A DNA stretch of 61,064 bases, filler included. It is 4 parts of 4 records of this genome, joined end to end, with 100 filler letters (N's around TTAATTAATTAA, not from the genome) between each part and the next. Parts side by side here need not be neighbours in the genome. Positions count along the whole stretch, not along the records: positions 1 to 14,292 come from SRR22947725_4543; positions 14,393 to 35,005 come from SRR22947725_4550; 2 more parts are not named here. One strand, written 5' to 3'. The notes beneath the pieces are model-generated. The model made no database searches. It worked only from the letters and a program-made list of their open reading frames with translations, and was not told the DNA's origin. This document shows positions 11,140 to 21,529 of this stretch, one piece after another. Both the position numbers and the translations under genes were made by a program. The first letter of the stretch is position 1; every line of letters starts with the position of its first letter.

Positions 11140-12015
11140 GTGGTTGCACAGCGCTTGGATGGAGTGGCTGTCGCTGCGGAGATCAAGCACGAACTCCGGG
11201 CGAGAGTCGAGGCACTCAAGGCGCAGGGAATAATGCCTGGTCTTGGCACCCTGCTGGTGGGGGATGACCCGGGATCACAATGGTATGTGGCGGGAAAACA
11301 CCGCGATTGCGAAGAGGTGGGGATTGCCTCCTTCCGAAAAGACCTCCCCGCCACGGCTACCCGGGAAGAAGTACTGGCAGCTATTGCTCAGTTCAACTCT
11401 GACCCAGAGGTGACGGGATATATCGTTCAGTTGCCTCTGCCCGGGCACCTCGACACCGATGAAGTACTGGAAGCCATCGATCCGGATAAAGATGCTGATG
11501 GCCTTCATCCCATGAACCTGGGTCGATTGGTGAACAAGGTTTCAGGAGAACTCACCTCGCCTCTGCCGTGCACGCCGCAGGGAATTGTGGAGTTAGTGCA
11601 CCGCTCAGGTTTCTCCTTTGAGGGCAAGCACGTTGTGGTTCTCGGTCGTGGTGTGACCGTGGGTCGCCCGATTGGGCTCCTACTGACCCGTAAGGGCATC
11701 GATGCCACCGTCACACTCACCCACACCAAGACCCGGGATATTGGAGCACTTCTGCGGCAAGCAGACGTGGTGGTGGCCGCAGCGGGCGTGGGGGGCATGG
11801 TGACTGCCGATATGGTCAAGCCCGGTGCGATTGTGCTGGATGTCGGCGTGAGCCGAGAGGTGAGAGAAGGCCGTTCCGTGGCGGTGGGGGATGTTGACGA
11901 AAGCGTGTGGGAGATTGCCGCTGCGGTGTCTCCCAACCCTGGCGGCGTCGGCCCGATGACGAGGGCTTTGCTCTTGCGTAATGTGGTGGACATGGCTCAA
12001 GCAAAGGTGGCGTAG
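11140..12015 (+). CDS. folD: Methylene-THF dehydrogenase/methenyl-THF cyclohydrolase
   Basis: YVAGK, VQLPLP, KDADG, PCTP and PGGVGPMT motifs. Confidence 0.96.
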   Translation: MVAQRLDGVAVAAEIKHELRARVEALKAQGIMPGLGTLLVGDDPGSQWYVAGKHRDCEEVGIASFRKDLPATATREEVLAAIAQFNSDPEVTGYIVQLPLPGHLDTDEVLEAIDPDKDADGLHPMNLGRLVNKVSGELTSPLPCTPQGIVELVHRSGFSFEGKHVVVLGRGVTVGRPIGLLLTRKGIDATVTLTHTKTRDIGALLRQADVVVAAAGVGGMVTADMVKPGAIVLDVGVSREVREGRSVAVGDVDESVWEIAAAVSPNPGGVGPMTRALLLRNVVDMAQAKVA

Positions 12016-12681
12016 GTGGCAAAGCTTTATTTCCGATATGGCGCGATGAACTCTGGCAAATCGACGGCTCTGTTGCAGGCGGCCTATAACTACGAGGAAC
12101 GTGGGCAGCGGGTCCTGCTTGCAAAACCGGTGATTGACACCAAGGGCGACCGCATGATTGTCTCCCGGCTCGGGGTTTCCAGAGAAGTTGACCTGGTTAT
12201 CAGACCGACCACGGATGTGGTGAACCTGGTGGATGTAGAAGCCCAGCGTATTAAGCGTGAAGAAGGGGCGACCATCTCGTGCCTCTTGGTGGACGAATCC
12301 CAATTCCTTTCTCCCCGACAGGTCGATGACCTCCTGATTCTTGCCCTTCGACGGGGGATTCCTGTCTTGGCGTATGGGATTAGAACCGATTTTCAAACGG
12401 TCGCATTCCCCGGTTCGAGGAGATTGCTGGAGGTGGCGCATTCTCTGGAAGAGCTCAAAACAATTTGCCGTTGCGGGCGAAAAGCCATCTTCAATGGTCG
12501 AACACTGAATGGAACCTTTGTCTTTGATGGAGCCCAGGTGGCCATTGATGGCGACCAGGTGACGTATGAGTCACTGTGTGGCGAGTGTTATCTCGATGAG
12601 AGTGGCGGGCGCCTTGCCAGCGGTTATCCCAATGTCTCCCACGAGGGTGAATCCTTAGCTCCAGATTCAGACTTCAGCTAG
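12016..12681 (+). CDS. tdk: Thymidine kinase
   Basis: GAMNSGKS P-loop, DESQF, and zinc ligands CRCG and LCGECY. Confidence 0.95.
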   Translation: MAKLYFRYGAMNSGKSTALLQAAYNYEERGQRVLLAKPVIDTKGDRMIVSRLGVSREVDLVIRPTTDVVNLVDVEAQRIKREEGATISCLLVDESQFLSPRQVDDLLILALRRGIPVLAYGIRTDFQTVAFPGSRRLLEVAHSLEELKTICRCGRKAIFNGRTLNGTFVFDGAQVAIDGDQVTYESLCGECYLDESGGRLASGYPNVSHEGESLAPDSDFS

Positions 12682-12726
12682 CTCGGGGTGCGCCGAAACC
12701 TAGGTATGGGGCACAACCGGTGGGAG

Positions 12727-13680
12727 CTACGCGTACCCGCCGTCATCGCCGACCAAAGTAACAAGAACCGCCTCTGGCGGACAAAACAGGCGAACCGGTG
12801 CGTAGATGCTGGTTCCTAACCCCGCAGAGACCTCGAGATAGCTCGAGCGTTGCGCATGACGCCAGATGCTCAAGCCTGAGGCTTGGTCCAGTGGTAGGTC
12901 GCAGTTGGTCGTCAAGGCGTGACCACCGGGTAGACACACCTGACCACCATGGGTGTGACCGGCAAATATTGCCTCGGCTCCCTGGGTGACGAAAGCATCG
13001 AGCACCCTCCGATAAGGGGCGTGTGTGACGCCGATGGTGGTGATGGAATGGTGGGGTCGTGAGTGACCTTCTTCGCTCTCACGAAGAGCTTCTACCGTGC
13101 CCGGTAGATGGTCGAGGTCGTCCAATCCGTGGTGGGCATCACCCACACCGACAAAGTCGAGGGTTGAGCCATTAATACTGACCCGCACGGCGGAGTTGTC
13201 GATGTCCTTCCATCCCAAAACCTCCGTGTAGAGGTGTGTAAGCCCGGCAAAATCAAGCGGGATTCCCTCGCTGGCACCCGGCTTGGAGGGCGCCAACAGA
13301 TAAGCCAAGGGATTTTTCCATCGCGGGGCGACCCGGTCATTGGAGCCGTGGGTAACTACGCCAGGAATTCCTGCCAAGGGCAGAAGTGCTTCGGTGATGG
13401 CGGACAGGCTTTCGGGGTGTCCAAAGAAATCTCCCGTGCCAACCACAAGGTCTGGTTCACTTTCGGCAAGCGCCCGGATCCACGAGATGGCGCTTGTATT
13501 CCAGGGCGCCACATGCAGGTCACTGAGGTGCAAAATCTTGATCGGGTCACTTCCCGCATCCAAAATAGGCGCTGTTTCACGCCGAAGCTGAAATCGAGTG
13601 CGCTCCGCCGTGACCCCCCAGAGGGCCCCCACGAGGGCTGTGGCGCCGAGCCCTGCAAGCGCGAGCGAGGAGCGACGCAT
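12727..13680 (-). CDS. Calcineurin-like metallophosphoesterase (YkuE-like)
   Basis: HLSDLH, TGD, GSND and AGHTHGGQ motifs, plus an N-terminal hydrophobic segment. Confidence 0.9.
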   Translation of the reverse strand: MRRSSLALAGLGATALVGALWGVTAERTRFQLRRETAPILDAGSDPIKILHLSDLHVAPWNTSAISWIRALAESEPDLVVGTGDFFGHPESLSAITEALLPLAGIPGVVTHGSNDRVAPRWKNPLAYLLAPSKPGASEGIPLDFAGLTHLYTEVLGWKDIDNSAVRVSINGSTLDFVGVGDAHHGLDDLDHLPGTVEALRESEEGHSRPHHSITTIGVTHAPYRRVLDAFVTQGAEAIFAGHTHGGQVCLPGGHALTTNCDLPLDQASGLSIWRHAQRSSYLEVSAGLGTSIYAPVRLFCPPEAVLVTLVGDDGGYA

Positions 13681-13682
13681 GG

Positions 13683-14292
13683 CTAGTCTTCCGGGGGTGC
13701 TTCGGTGGAGGCAGGTGCCACCCCGCACGCGACCTGCATTTGGAGCCCGGTGTAATCCCACGCTTGGGTACCTGCTCCCAAGCTCTGAGAGATGACGGTG
13801 CCATCGCCTGGATCTGAGTTCACACTTCCCTCGCCACAGCTATAGGCTCGAGCCCCGGTCATGGTGAGCGCATCGAGCGCGGCATTCGCTTGAAGCACCG
13901 AGAGCCCCACAAGGTTGGGAATAATCCGGTTGCCCAGGCTTTCCCCCCCTGGTCCCGTGCCACCCGAGGTCACCCGGACAGTCATACCCCTTGCCAGGTA
14001 GGTGCCTGCTGCTGGTTCAAAGAGCGAGACCCGACCCACTTCAAGCCCGGAGGTCACCTCGAGCTTCAGGCCCAGGCTTTCCACCAGGATGACCGCTTCG
14101 TCGATCATCATTCCTGTGATGTCGGGCAATTCAATGCCGCTGCCGCGCAGTAAACGATCGGGGGCCGCAGGAAAAGAGTCCCCGCCATATTGTTCGTTGG
14201 CGTCTTGCATGATGATGCGCCAAATGTCATGGCGCAGGACGGTGCCGTTGCGGTAGTTGCTCATCCGGTAGTCGCCGAGGATATTCCCCACC
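13683..14292 (-). CDS. PASTA-containing penicillin-binding protein (PonA-like), C-terminal fragment
   Basis: End of the transpeptidase domain (IWRIIMQ..N..Y...FP) followed by two PASTA-like repeats (LPDITG, IPNLVG). Usual synteny with the metallophosphoesterase. Truncated by the spacer. Confidence 0.75.
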
Positions 14293-14392
14293 NNNNNNNN
14301 NNNNNNNNNNNNNNNNNNNNNNNNNNNNNNNNNNNNTTAATTAATTAANNNNNNNNNNNNNNNNNNNNNNNNNNNNNNNNNNNNNNNNNNNN
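14293..14392. other. Artificial contig spacer
   Basis: N-run/TTAATTAATTAA/N-run with stops in all six frames. Base composition changes sharply across it. Confidence 0.98.
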
Positions 14393-14405
14393 ATAATACT
14401 AAACA

Positions 14406-15674
14406 ATGATCGACCTAACTTATTTCCGGAATCACTTAGCAGAACTCACGCAGTCCATTGGGCGCAAGAAATTTAGTTGCGAACTGGATCTTGCAGTTGA
14501 TCTGGACTCCAAGAGAAGAGAGGCGATTTCATTAGCTGAAAAGGCAAGGGCAGGGCAAAAGAGTGCGAATGTAGAGATGTCACAATTACCGAAGGGTTCT
14601 CCTGAATTTATCGAAAAGATAAAGGAGATGAAGTCATTGGCCTCTCAGGTAAAAGTTTTAGAGGGACTGGCGAAAGAAGCAGATGCCAAATTCCAGGAAG
14701 TCTTCATGACAATCCCCAATATCCCGCATTCATCAGTTCCGGACGGGAAGGGAGAGGCGGAGAACAAGGTAGTTTCCACCTGGGGGGATACGGAAGGTGA
14801 GTACCCCAACGCACTGCCGCACTTTGATATTCCATGGTTTGATCAAATGATAGATTTTCCACGCGGGGTAAAGGTGGCAGGTGCGGGCTTTCCTTTTTAT
14901 TTAGGTGACATGTCGAAGTTGGTCCGTGCTCTCATTAATTTCTTTTTAGATGAAGCTTCAAATAATGGATACGAAGAAATTCATTCGCCAATTGTGGTAA
15001 ATTCTCAAAGTGCCACCGCGACTGGGCAATTACCCGACAAGGAAGGGCAGATGTACTTCGATCAAAATGAAGAACTTTACCTCATCCCAACGGCCGAGGT
15101 TCCGGTAACCAATTTTTTCCGTGACGAAATTATACCAAGTGAGAACTTGCCCATTAAGAGATGTGCTTACACTCCATGCTTTCGAAGGGAGGCGGGGAGT
15201 TGGGGAAAGGATGTTCGTGGATTAAACCGCTTGCATCAATTCGATAAGGTTGAATTGGTAAAATGGGTACATCCGGATGATAGCTTTGCCGAATTAGACT
15301 CGTTGCGATTGGACGCCGAGGGCCTGCTACAAAAGCTGGGTCTTCCATACCGCGTATTACTTATTTGTTCAGGTGATATTGGTTTCCCTCATGCCAAGCA
15401 ATTCGATCTTGATGTTTGGTCCGCTGGTCAAAAAAGGTGGTTAGAGGTATCAAGTTGTAGTAATTTTACTGATTTCCAGGCACGGCGGGCAAATATTCGC
15501 TATCGAGAGGAGGGAGTAAAGCCAAGCCCTGTGCATACATTGAATGGATCAGCCCTTGCAATCCCTCGAGTTCTTGCCGCAATTTTGGAGAATAACTTAC
15601 AGGCAAATGGTCAAGTAAAGGTACCCGAATGTCTTCAACGCTGGTTCCCCGCGCAATATATCGGTACTCCTTAA
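14406..15674 (+). CDS. serS: Serine--tRNA ligase
   Basis: LIPTAEVP, CFRREAG, GLNRLHQF, EVSSCSN and HTLNGSALA motifs. Confidence 0.97.
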   Translation: MIDLTYFRNHLAELTQSIGRKKFSCELDLAVDLDSKRREAISLAEKARAGQKSANVEMSQLPKGSPEFIEKIKEMKSLASQVKVLEGLAKEADAKFQEVFMTIPNIPHSSVPDGKGEAENKVVSTWGDTEGEYPNALPHFDIPWFDQMIDFPRGVKVAGAGFPFYLGDMSKLVRALINFFLDEASNNGYEEIHSPIVVNSQSATATGQLPDKEGQMYFDQNEELYLIPTAEVPVTNFFRDEIIPSENLPIKRCAYTPCFRREAGSWGKDVRGLNRLHQFDKVELVKWVHPDDSFAELDSLRLDAEGLLQKLGLPYRVLLICSGDIGFPHAKQFDLDVWSAGQKRWLEVSSCSNFTDFQARRANIRYREEGVKPSPVHTLNGSALAIPRVLAAILENNLQANGQVKVPECLQRWFPAQYIGTP

Positions 15675-15678
15675 TCAC

Positions 15679-17130
15679 ATGAGTGGTTTGCTTCAGGTGC
15701 CCGCCAACCTATCTCAAATAGCAAAGGAGGTACTTGAGATAATCCCAGATTCTGACTGGCATCCACAGGCAATAGATTTACTCTCTGCCAACACCGATAA
15801 AACCTGGGTGATTGCATGCTCTGGAGGAGCTGATTCCTTAATGGCACTTCTCTTGGTGCATGCATCCTTCCTCGGGAGACAAAATAAACTAGTGGTTGCT
15901 CATTTTAATCACAATTTACGGGGAAAAGAGTCTAAGGATGACGCTCTCTTTGTGAAGGAAGTAGCGAGAGTGTTAAATATTGAGGTCGTAATTGGACTGG
16001 CAGAAAAAACCGACAAGATTGACGAAGGTACACTACGCGAACAAAGGAGAGCGTTTTATCGGGATGCAATGAAAGAAAAATCTGCCACACTTTTAATTCA
16101 GGGGCATAACCTGGATGATATTGCAGAGACATTCTTATGGAGAATTGCCCGTGGAGTAGGGGTGGATGGAATTTCTGCACCCAAACCGGTCCAGGAATTA
16201 GGAGGATTTTATTTGGTAAGGCCTTTACTTTCAATTTCTCGTGACTTCATTCGTCAATCTCTTCAAAAGTCAAAAATTCATTGGAGGGAAGATTCAACTA
16301 ATGCGGATGATTATTACCTAAGAAATCGAATTCGTAAAAATACATTGGCTCAATGGAAAAATGACTCGGACCGAGATTTGCTTAAGGGAGTAGGGCGAAC
16401 GCGAGACCTACTGGAGGAGCAGGCAGATGCATTAGAAGAATTAGCACAGGATGCCCTCCATCAATCACTGGATTCTGATCATTTAATCTGCACAAAGTTG
16501 GAACAATATCCTCGCGGGTTACTCAGAAAGGTAATTACGCTTTGGTTCACAGAGAGTATGAAACTCCCCGCGGTTCATCAATATCATCTAGACGAAATCC
16601 TTGACTCCCTCAAGAGCAAGGAAGATTTCAAAATAACCATCTCCAGTTCCTTCACTCTTGTCAAAAAGGGCAATCTAATCATGAAGCAACCGGTTTTGAG
16701 TAAAAGCGTTGAATGGGGAACCATCAATATTCCTTTCAATTTGAAAATTTTCTTGCCGGGCCATTACTTTCTCTGTGCGGAAGTAATTAATTTAGATTCG
16801 GAGACTCGCAAATCGATTCTATCAGGAGAGGTGGATCAATTAAAAAATGCATATATTTGCAGTGAAGTCACTCCCACTGAATTGTTTCTAAGGAATCGAT
16901 GTATTGGTGATCGATTCACTCCGTTAGGAGCTCCAGGGAGCAAGAAGGTCAAGGATTGGATGATCGATCGCAATTGGCCTGAGGAGCAAAAGAACCGCAC
17001 TCCAATAGTGGTAGATCGGACGGATCAAATTGTTTGGATACCAGGCTCTCCGCCAGCAAAGAATTACGCTATTAATGGCACTGTGACTCAGGTAATCCGT
17101 TTGACTTACAGGGAATCTGCATCATTATGA
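15679..17130 (+). CDS. tilS: tRNA(Ile)-lysidine synthetase
   Basis: SGGADS PP-loop, HNLDD, EDSTN and RNRIR motifs. Upstream of ftsH. Confidence 0.94.
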   Translation: MSGLLQVPANLSQIAKEVLEIIPDSDWHPQAIDLLSANTDKTWVIACSGGADSLMALLLVHASFLGRQNKLVVAHFNHNLRGKESKDDALFVKEVARVLNIEVVIGLAEKTDKIDEGTLREQRRAFYRDAMKEKSATLLIQGHNLDDIAETFLWRIARGVGVDGISAPKPVQELGGFYLVRPLLSISRDFIRQSLQKSKIHWREDSTNADDYYLRNRIRKNTLAQWKNDSDRDLLKGVGRTRDLLEEQADALEELAQDALHQSLDSDHLICTKLEQYPRGLLRKVITLWFTESMKLPAVHQYHLDEILDSLKSKEDFKITISSSFTLVKKGNLIMKQPVLSKSVEWGTINIPFNLKIFLPGHYFLCAEVINLDSETRKSILSGEVDQLKNAYICSEVTPTELFLRNRCIGDRFTPLGAPGSKKVKDWMIDRNWPEEQKNRTPIVVDRTDQIVWIPGSPPAKNYAINGTVTQVIRLTYRESASL

Positions 17131-17136
17131 TTCCTT

Positions 17137-19176
17137 GTGGAAAACAAATCAAATAAGGACGGAGAGGATAAACCAAAGAACTTTCACCCCAAGGTATTAC
17201 TAATCTGGCTTGCCATTTTAGCTGCGGTAATTGGACTCGCTATGGCTCAGTCCCCGGGTGTCACCCCTTCTCATAGCAACATTACTTCAATCAATGACTT
17301 AATGCTCGAAGCACGGGATGGCAACATAGATAAGGCGGTAATTGAAAGTGACCCCAAAGGTGGCGAAGAATGGTATGCCATTCAGGGTAACTTCAAAAAC
17401 CCAGCTTATTTGGCAACTAGTAACGAAGATGAATACCAACTTCTCCCATTTTACGTTAAGGGCAGAGTCACGGAGTCCGAATACAAGGAATTGAGAAACC
17501 TTTTAGGTGGCAAACTTCGCGAAAACCCATCGACTACAATTTGGACTGATTTGCTTTTCAGCCTACTCCCATTTCTCCTCATCATTGGTTTATTGTATTT
17601 CCTATTTGTCAGGCAGTTAAGGATGGCAGGAAAGGGAGCACTGAACTTCGGGAAAAGCAAGGCCAAGCTACTCACTAAAGAGAACGAGAAGATCGTGTTT
17701 GATAACGTGGCCGGTTGTGATGAGGCCAAGGAGGAGGTGTCTGAAATTGTTGACTTTTTAAAGGACCCCAAGCGATTTCGTAAAATTGGGGGCAAGATTC
17801 CCAAGGGTGTACTCATGGTTGGTCCTCCCGGTACTGGTAAGACTTTACTCGCCAAGGCAGTTGCTGGCGAGGCGGATGTTCCCTTTTTTAGTATAAGTGG
17901 ATCTGATTTCGTGGAGATGTTTGTAGGGGTTGGTGCAGCACGAGTAAGGGATATGTTCGAGCAAGGCCGTAAAAGTGCACCTTGTCTAATTTTTATTGAC
18001 GAAATCGATGCGGTTGGCAGACAAAGGGGAGCAGGCTTAGGGGGAGGAAATGATGAACGTGAGCAAACTCTCAATTCACTCTTAGTGGAAATGGATGGTT
18101 TTGACGGACACGAAGGTGTTATTATAATTGCAGCAACCAATCGACCCGATGTGCTTGACAACGCATTACTCAGACCTGGAAGATTTGATAGGCAGGTAGT
18201 TATTGATCTACCTGACTTAGAGGGCCGGGAAGCCATTCTGAAAGTTCATGCCAAAAAAATCAAACTCTCGGATGATGTAGATTTGAACTCCCTCGCCCGT
18301 GCAACTGCAAGTTTTTCGGGTGCAGATTTGGCAAACTTACTCAATGAGGGTGCATTAATCGCAGCCCGCAGGCGCAAGAAAATGGTGGAACGAATTGATT
18401 TGGACGACGCTAGGGAGAAGATTTCTTTTGGTACTGAGAGAAGGCGGGCAATGGATGACGAGGATCGAAAAATTATTGCCTATCATGAAGCTGGACATGC
18501 AATAATTCAGGCCGTTGTAGATGATGGGTTACTTCCCATTCATAAAGTTACCATTATCCCAAGAGGACAATCTTTAGGAAGTACGATGTTTACTCCTAAA
18601 AAAGACATACTTAACCACAGTAAACGCAGAGTACTTAATCAAGTTTGCTGTGCGATGGGTGGTCGTGCCGCTGAGGAGATTGAGATTGGTGATGTAACGA
18701 GTGGTGCGGCAGGTGATATTAGAATGGCAACCAATATTGCCCGGAGTATGGTCTGTGATTGGGGAATGAGCGAACTTGGTATGATTTCTTATGGTGATAA
18801 GCAAGACCAAGTATTTTTAGGAAAAGAACTCTCCCGTGCCCAGAATTACAGTGAAGAAACGGCACAAAAGATCGATTATGCCATCAAAGAGATAATTGAT
18901 ATTCAATACACTCGTGCCATGAAGATTTTGAACGAGAACTTAGATGCCTTGCACAAATCTGCTGCAGCACTGCTCGAGCATGAAACAATTGAAGGCAAAC
19001 ATATTCACGAAATTTTGGACAAGGGTGAAATCATTTCTCCGATCATAAAATCAGCTCCCCTGAGTCAACAGGGAAAAGATGCGGAGAATAAGAACAAGGA
19101 AGACGAGAAGTCGGACGCCAAGTCAAAAGATGATGAGCTTGGTCATGGTCCAGAACCAGTCGGAATCCCTGCTTAA
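17137..19176 (+). CDS. ftsH: ATP-dependent zinc metalloprotease FtsH
   Basis: Two TM segments, [23 protein letters not shown] and HEAGH. Confidence 0.97.
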   Translation: MENKSNKDGEDKPKNFHPKVLLIWLAILAAVIGLAMAQSPGVTPSHSNITSINDLMLEARDGNIDKAVIESDPKGGEEWYAIQGNFKNPAYLATSNEDEYQLLPFYVKGRVTESEYKELRNLLGGKLRENPSTTIWTDLLFSLLPFLLIIGLLYFLFVRQLRMAGKGALNFGKSKAKLLTKENEKIVFDNVAGCDEAKEEVSEIVDFLKDPKRFRKIGGKIPKGVLMVGPPGTGKTLLAKAVAGEADVPFFSISGSDFVEMFVGVGAARVRDMFEQGRKSAPCLIFIDEIDAVGRQRGAGLGGGNDEREQTLNSLLVEMDGFDGHEGVIIIAATNRPDVLDNALLRPGRFDRQVVIDLPDLEGREAILKVHAKKIKLSDDVDLNSLARATASFSGADLANLLNEGALIAARRRKKMVERIDLDDAREKISFGTERRRAMDDEDRKIIAYHEAGHAIIQAVVDDGLLPIHKVTIIPRGQSLGSTMFTPKKDILNHSKRRVLNQVCCAMGGRAAEEIEIGDVTSGAAGDIRMATNIARSMVCDWGMSELGMISYGDKQDQVFLGKELSRAQNYSEETAQKIDYAIKEIIDIQYTRAMKILNENLDALHKSAAALLEHETIEGKHIHEILDKGEIISPIIKSAPLSQQGKDAENKNKEDEKSDAKSKDDELGHGPEPVGIPA

Positions 19177-19239
19177 TACGCTATTTCCCCAAGCTTTTTT
19201 CTTGCTACATAACTATTAATTGTTACATTACCCAAACTT

Positions 19240-19395
19240 ATGAGCAGACATCCAAGTTTTAAGCCTCCTGGAGGATTAGCAGTTAAACGTAACGTTTTAA
19301 AGCGGTTCGAACGCGTTGAACTTTTGAGAAAGCGCGGCCAGTGGAAAGAGGGAGACCGTGTAGTCTCTTTAGTAAAGACTAAACCCGAGGAGTGA
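19240..19395 (+). CDS. PVC-superphylum small basic protein (TIGR04137-like), 51 aa, not in ORF track
   Basis: MSRHPSFKPPGGLAVKRNVLKRFERVELLRKRGQWKEGDRVVSLVKTKPEE matches the MS.H.S...RNVL.R.ER...L...G.W pattern of the family. Confidence 0.9.
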   Translation: MSRHPSFKPPGGLAVKRNVLKRFERVELLRKRGQWKEGDRVVSLVKTKPEE

Positions 19396-19716
19396 TCAAC
19401 ATGCCGATGGATCGTGGATCCATTGTGCATATTCTTTCGAGCTTGAAGATTCCCAGTACACCCATTGGGGGACATCGTACTCATGTAGTATTTTGATTTG
19501 TTTTAGTATGTCATGGTGATTTTCAATCTTGAATTTTAAGACAACTCTCCATTCTTCACTCTCTACTAGATCATTCTGCCAAGTGTAGAGTGATAAAATC
19601 GGTCCATCTACTTGTCCGCAACTCACTATTTTGCTTTCCAATAAACTTCTTACGATCATTTTTGCATTTCGCATACTCGGGCATGTCGTAAGTCCGATTC
19701 CTACATTAGTTTCCAT
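19396..19716 (-). CDS. cutA: Divalent-cation tolerance protein CutA
   Basis: SLYTWQ..EE, HEYDVP and Y..W motifs; 106 aa. Confidence 0.88.
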   Translation of the reverse strand: METNVGIGLTTCPSMRNAKMIVRSLLESKIVSCGQVDGPILSLYTWQNDLVESEEWRVVLKFKIENHHDILKQIKILHEYDVPQWVYWESSSSKEYAQWIHDPSAC

Positions 19717-19798
19717 AAATATAAAAATTCATTGCAATTATTGTTATTAATTTCATTATACCACTTTTCCAAAACCTTTGACCCAATAGACAAATACC

Positions 19799-20014
19799 GT
19801 GAGAGACGAATACTTAAAAGAAGCCCAAAAGATCATCACCGATCCTAACGCACTTATCAATGTGGTGTCTCGCAGATCCAAGCAACTTAAATTTGGTAAC
19901 AAACCATTAGTTGAATCATTAGAGAAATTGGAACCGGAAGATATTGCACTTCGGGAAATTATCGAAGGAAAGATTTCCTACCAGGAATGGGTAGAGGATA
20001 GCAGCGAGTCTTAA
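19799..20014 (+). CDS. rpoZ: RNA polymerase omega subunit
   Basis: LINVVSRRSKQL..G..PLV and IALREI..GKI motifs. Confidence 0.9.
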   Translation: MRDEYLKEAQKIITDPNALINVVSRRSKQLKFGNKPLVESLEKLEPEDIALREIIEGKISYQEWVEDSSES

Positions 20015-20074
20015 TCATTCGTTTGCTCTTTCAAATTCAGTCCCTTACTGAATAGGGGATCATCTAACTGTGCC

Positions 20075-20554
20075 GTGTCGAAAAAAAAGAAAAGCTCGAA
20101 TGAATTGCCTGTTTTATCAAACACAAAGGCACGTCATAAATTTATTTTAGAAGACAAGTACGAAGCTGGCATTGTTTTATGCGGAACAGAGGTTAAATCA
20201 ATAAGGGCAGGAGCGGCACAAATCACAGAATCATATGCCAGGTTTGTTAAAGATGAATTATTTCTTTTTAATGCACACATTGCAGAATATGAATTTGGTG
20301 GCGAAGATAACCATCCAACCCAGCAGGCAAGAAAGCTCTTACTGAAAAGGAAAGAACTAGAAAGATTGCGCGTCGAGGTAGAAGCAGCGGGAAAGACAAT
20401 TGTTCCGTTAAAACTTTATTTCAAGGATGCCCTCATTAAATGCCAAATTGCAGTGGGTTCCGGAAAAAACCTACGGGATAAAAGGCAAGACCTCAAAAAA
20501 CAGGTTGCACAACGAGAGGCAGATCAAGCACTCAAGAATGCAATTAAACGGTGA
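20075..20554 (+). CDS. smpB: SsrA-binding protein
   Basis: N.KA.H, EAGIVL.G.EVKSIR, RKLLL and DKR motifs. Confidence 0.96.
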   Translation: MSKKKKSSNELPVLSNTKARHKFILEDKYEAGIVLCGTEVKSIRAGAAQITESYARFVKDELFLFNAHIAEYEFGGEDNHPTQQARKLLLKRKELERLRVEVEAAGKTIVPLKLYFKDALIKCQIAVGSGKNLRDKRQDLKKQVAQREADQALKNAIKR

Positions 20555-21006
20555 TTGATATAATTTTACATTGCCCGGAGATCCCACAAAACACAGGCAG
20601 TATTGGTCGAATTTGTGCTTTTGCAGGTTGCCGGCTCCACCTCATTCACCCTTTGGGGTTTCAGATCAATGATAAAAACTTAAAGCGCGCTGGTATGGAC
20701 TACTGGGAAACGCTTCAAGTATTTGAGTACGAAAACTGGGAACATTTCCTTAAATCAAAGCAAAGACCTTCCAGGCTGCACTTGTTTAGTACCCACGCAA
20801 CTAAAACGCTGTGGGAAACCAAGTTTCAGGAAAATGATGGACTCTTATTTGGGAATGAAGGGAAGGGTGCACCCGAGGAAATCCACCAGTGGGCAGGAAA
20901 TAATCGAGTAACAATTCCAAAATACCAGGACGGATTACGCTCACTTAACTTGGCAGTTTCAGTGGGAATCGCAACCTATGAGGCAATTAGGCAAATATCC
21001 TCTTAG
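20551..21006 (+). CDS. trmL: tRNA (cytidine/uridine-34 2'-O)-methyltransferase
   Basis: PEIPQNTG, LKRAGMDYW, FG.E..G and RSLNLA motifs. Confidence 0.93.
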   Translation: MIDIILHCPEIPQNTGSIGRICAFAGCRLHLIHPLGFQINDKNLKRAGMDYWETLQVFEYENWEHFLKSKQRPSRLHLFSTHATKTLWETKFQENDGLLFGNEGKGAPEEIHQWAGNNRVTIPKYQDGLRSLNLAVSVGIATYEAIRQISS

Positions 21007-21059
21007 CTTTCTTTCACCATCCATAATAAAAACGAGTCCTTAAGCTTCAAGTTATCCTT

Positions 21060-21450
21060 CCCTTCAAAAAGTGCAAAACAGACTGGTGCATATCAATAAA
21101 AGGTACGATCGATCGGTATTTCAGAGTGTTAAAACTCCCTCACCCTGGATTATGCAAAACCTCGATCCTGAAATGGAACTATATGATGGGGGTTTGGAAA
21201 AGTTGCGAAGCTCCAGGTTCATTACTTACAACTTAATCTCGCTTCAATTAAATACTTCGATGAGCTCGACCCAAACAAAAGAGAACGGTCGGAATCAAAT
21301 GACGAAGTTCTCAGTATTGAACAAATTCCACCTTACCGAGAAGCATTTATGCTAGTTTTAGTTGGTGTAATGGGAATACGCCAAGAAATTGGTAAATACC
21401 TGACTGCGAGAGTTTCTAAAAATCGAAAAGACCTTCTATACCTTGCATAA
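21060..21450 (+). pseudogene. Probable decayed family-2 glycosyltransferase, C-terminal remnant
   Basis: Start-less 87-codon frame 21187-21450 (WGFGKVAK...YFDELDPNK...FMLVLVGVMGIRQEI..YL) is preceded by in-frame TGA stops. An upstream out-of-frame piece (RYDRSVFQSVK) also fits. Both resemble the WGAG-containing tail of a GT2 subfamily (recalled similarity). Confidence 0.5.
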
Positions 21451-21529
21451 AGTTTTGATTACCCTCGTTTTAAACTTGAGTAATTTCAACAGATTCATCT
21501 GTGTATTAAATTATTAGATTTCAATTATT

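Noticed and set aside
12682-12726. Possible tRNA-Pro downstream of the metallophosphoesterase (common actinobacterial synteny; minus strand has CACCCCGA)
   Set aside because: Only about 45 nt are available, with no T-loop or cloverleaf.
14337-14348. TTAATTAATTAA repeated three times in the window
   Set aside because: Always embedded in N-runs. It is an artificial six-frame-stop linker, not a biological repeat.
19173-19484. 103-aa minus-strand ORF
   Set aside because: Antisense to the recognisable small basic protein gene and overlaps cutA.
21071-21355. 94-aa ORF as an intact gene
   Set aside because: No recognisable motif. Better explained as read-through across a frameshifted pseudogene.
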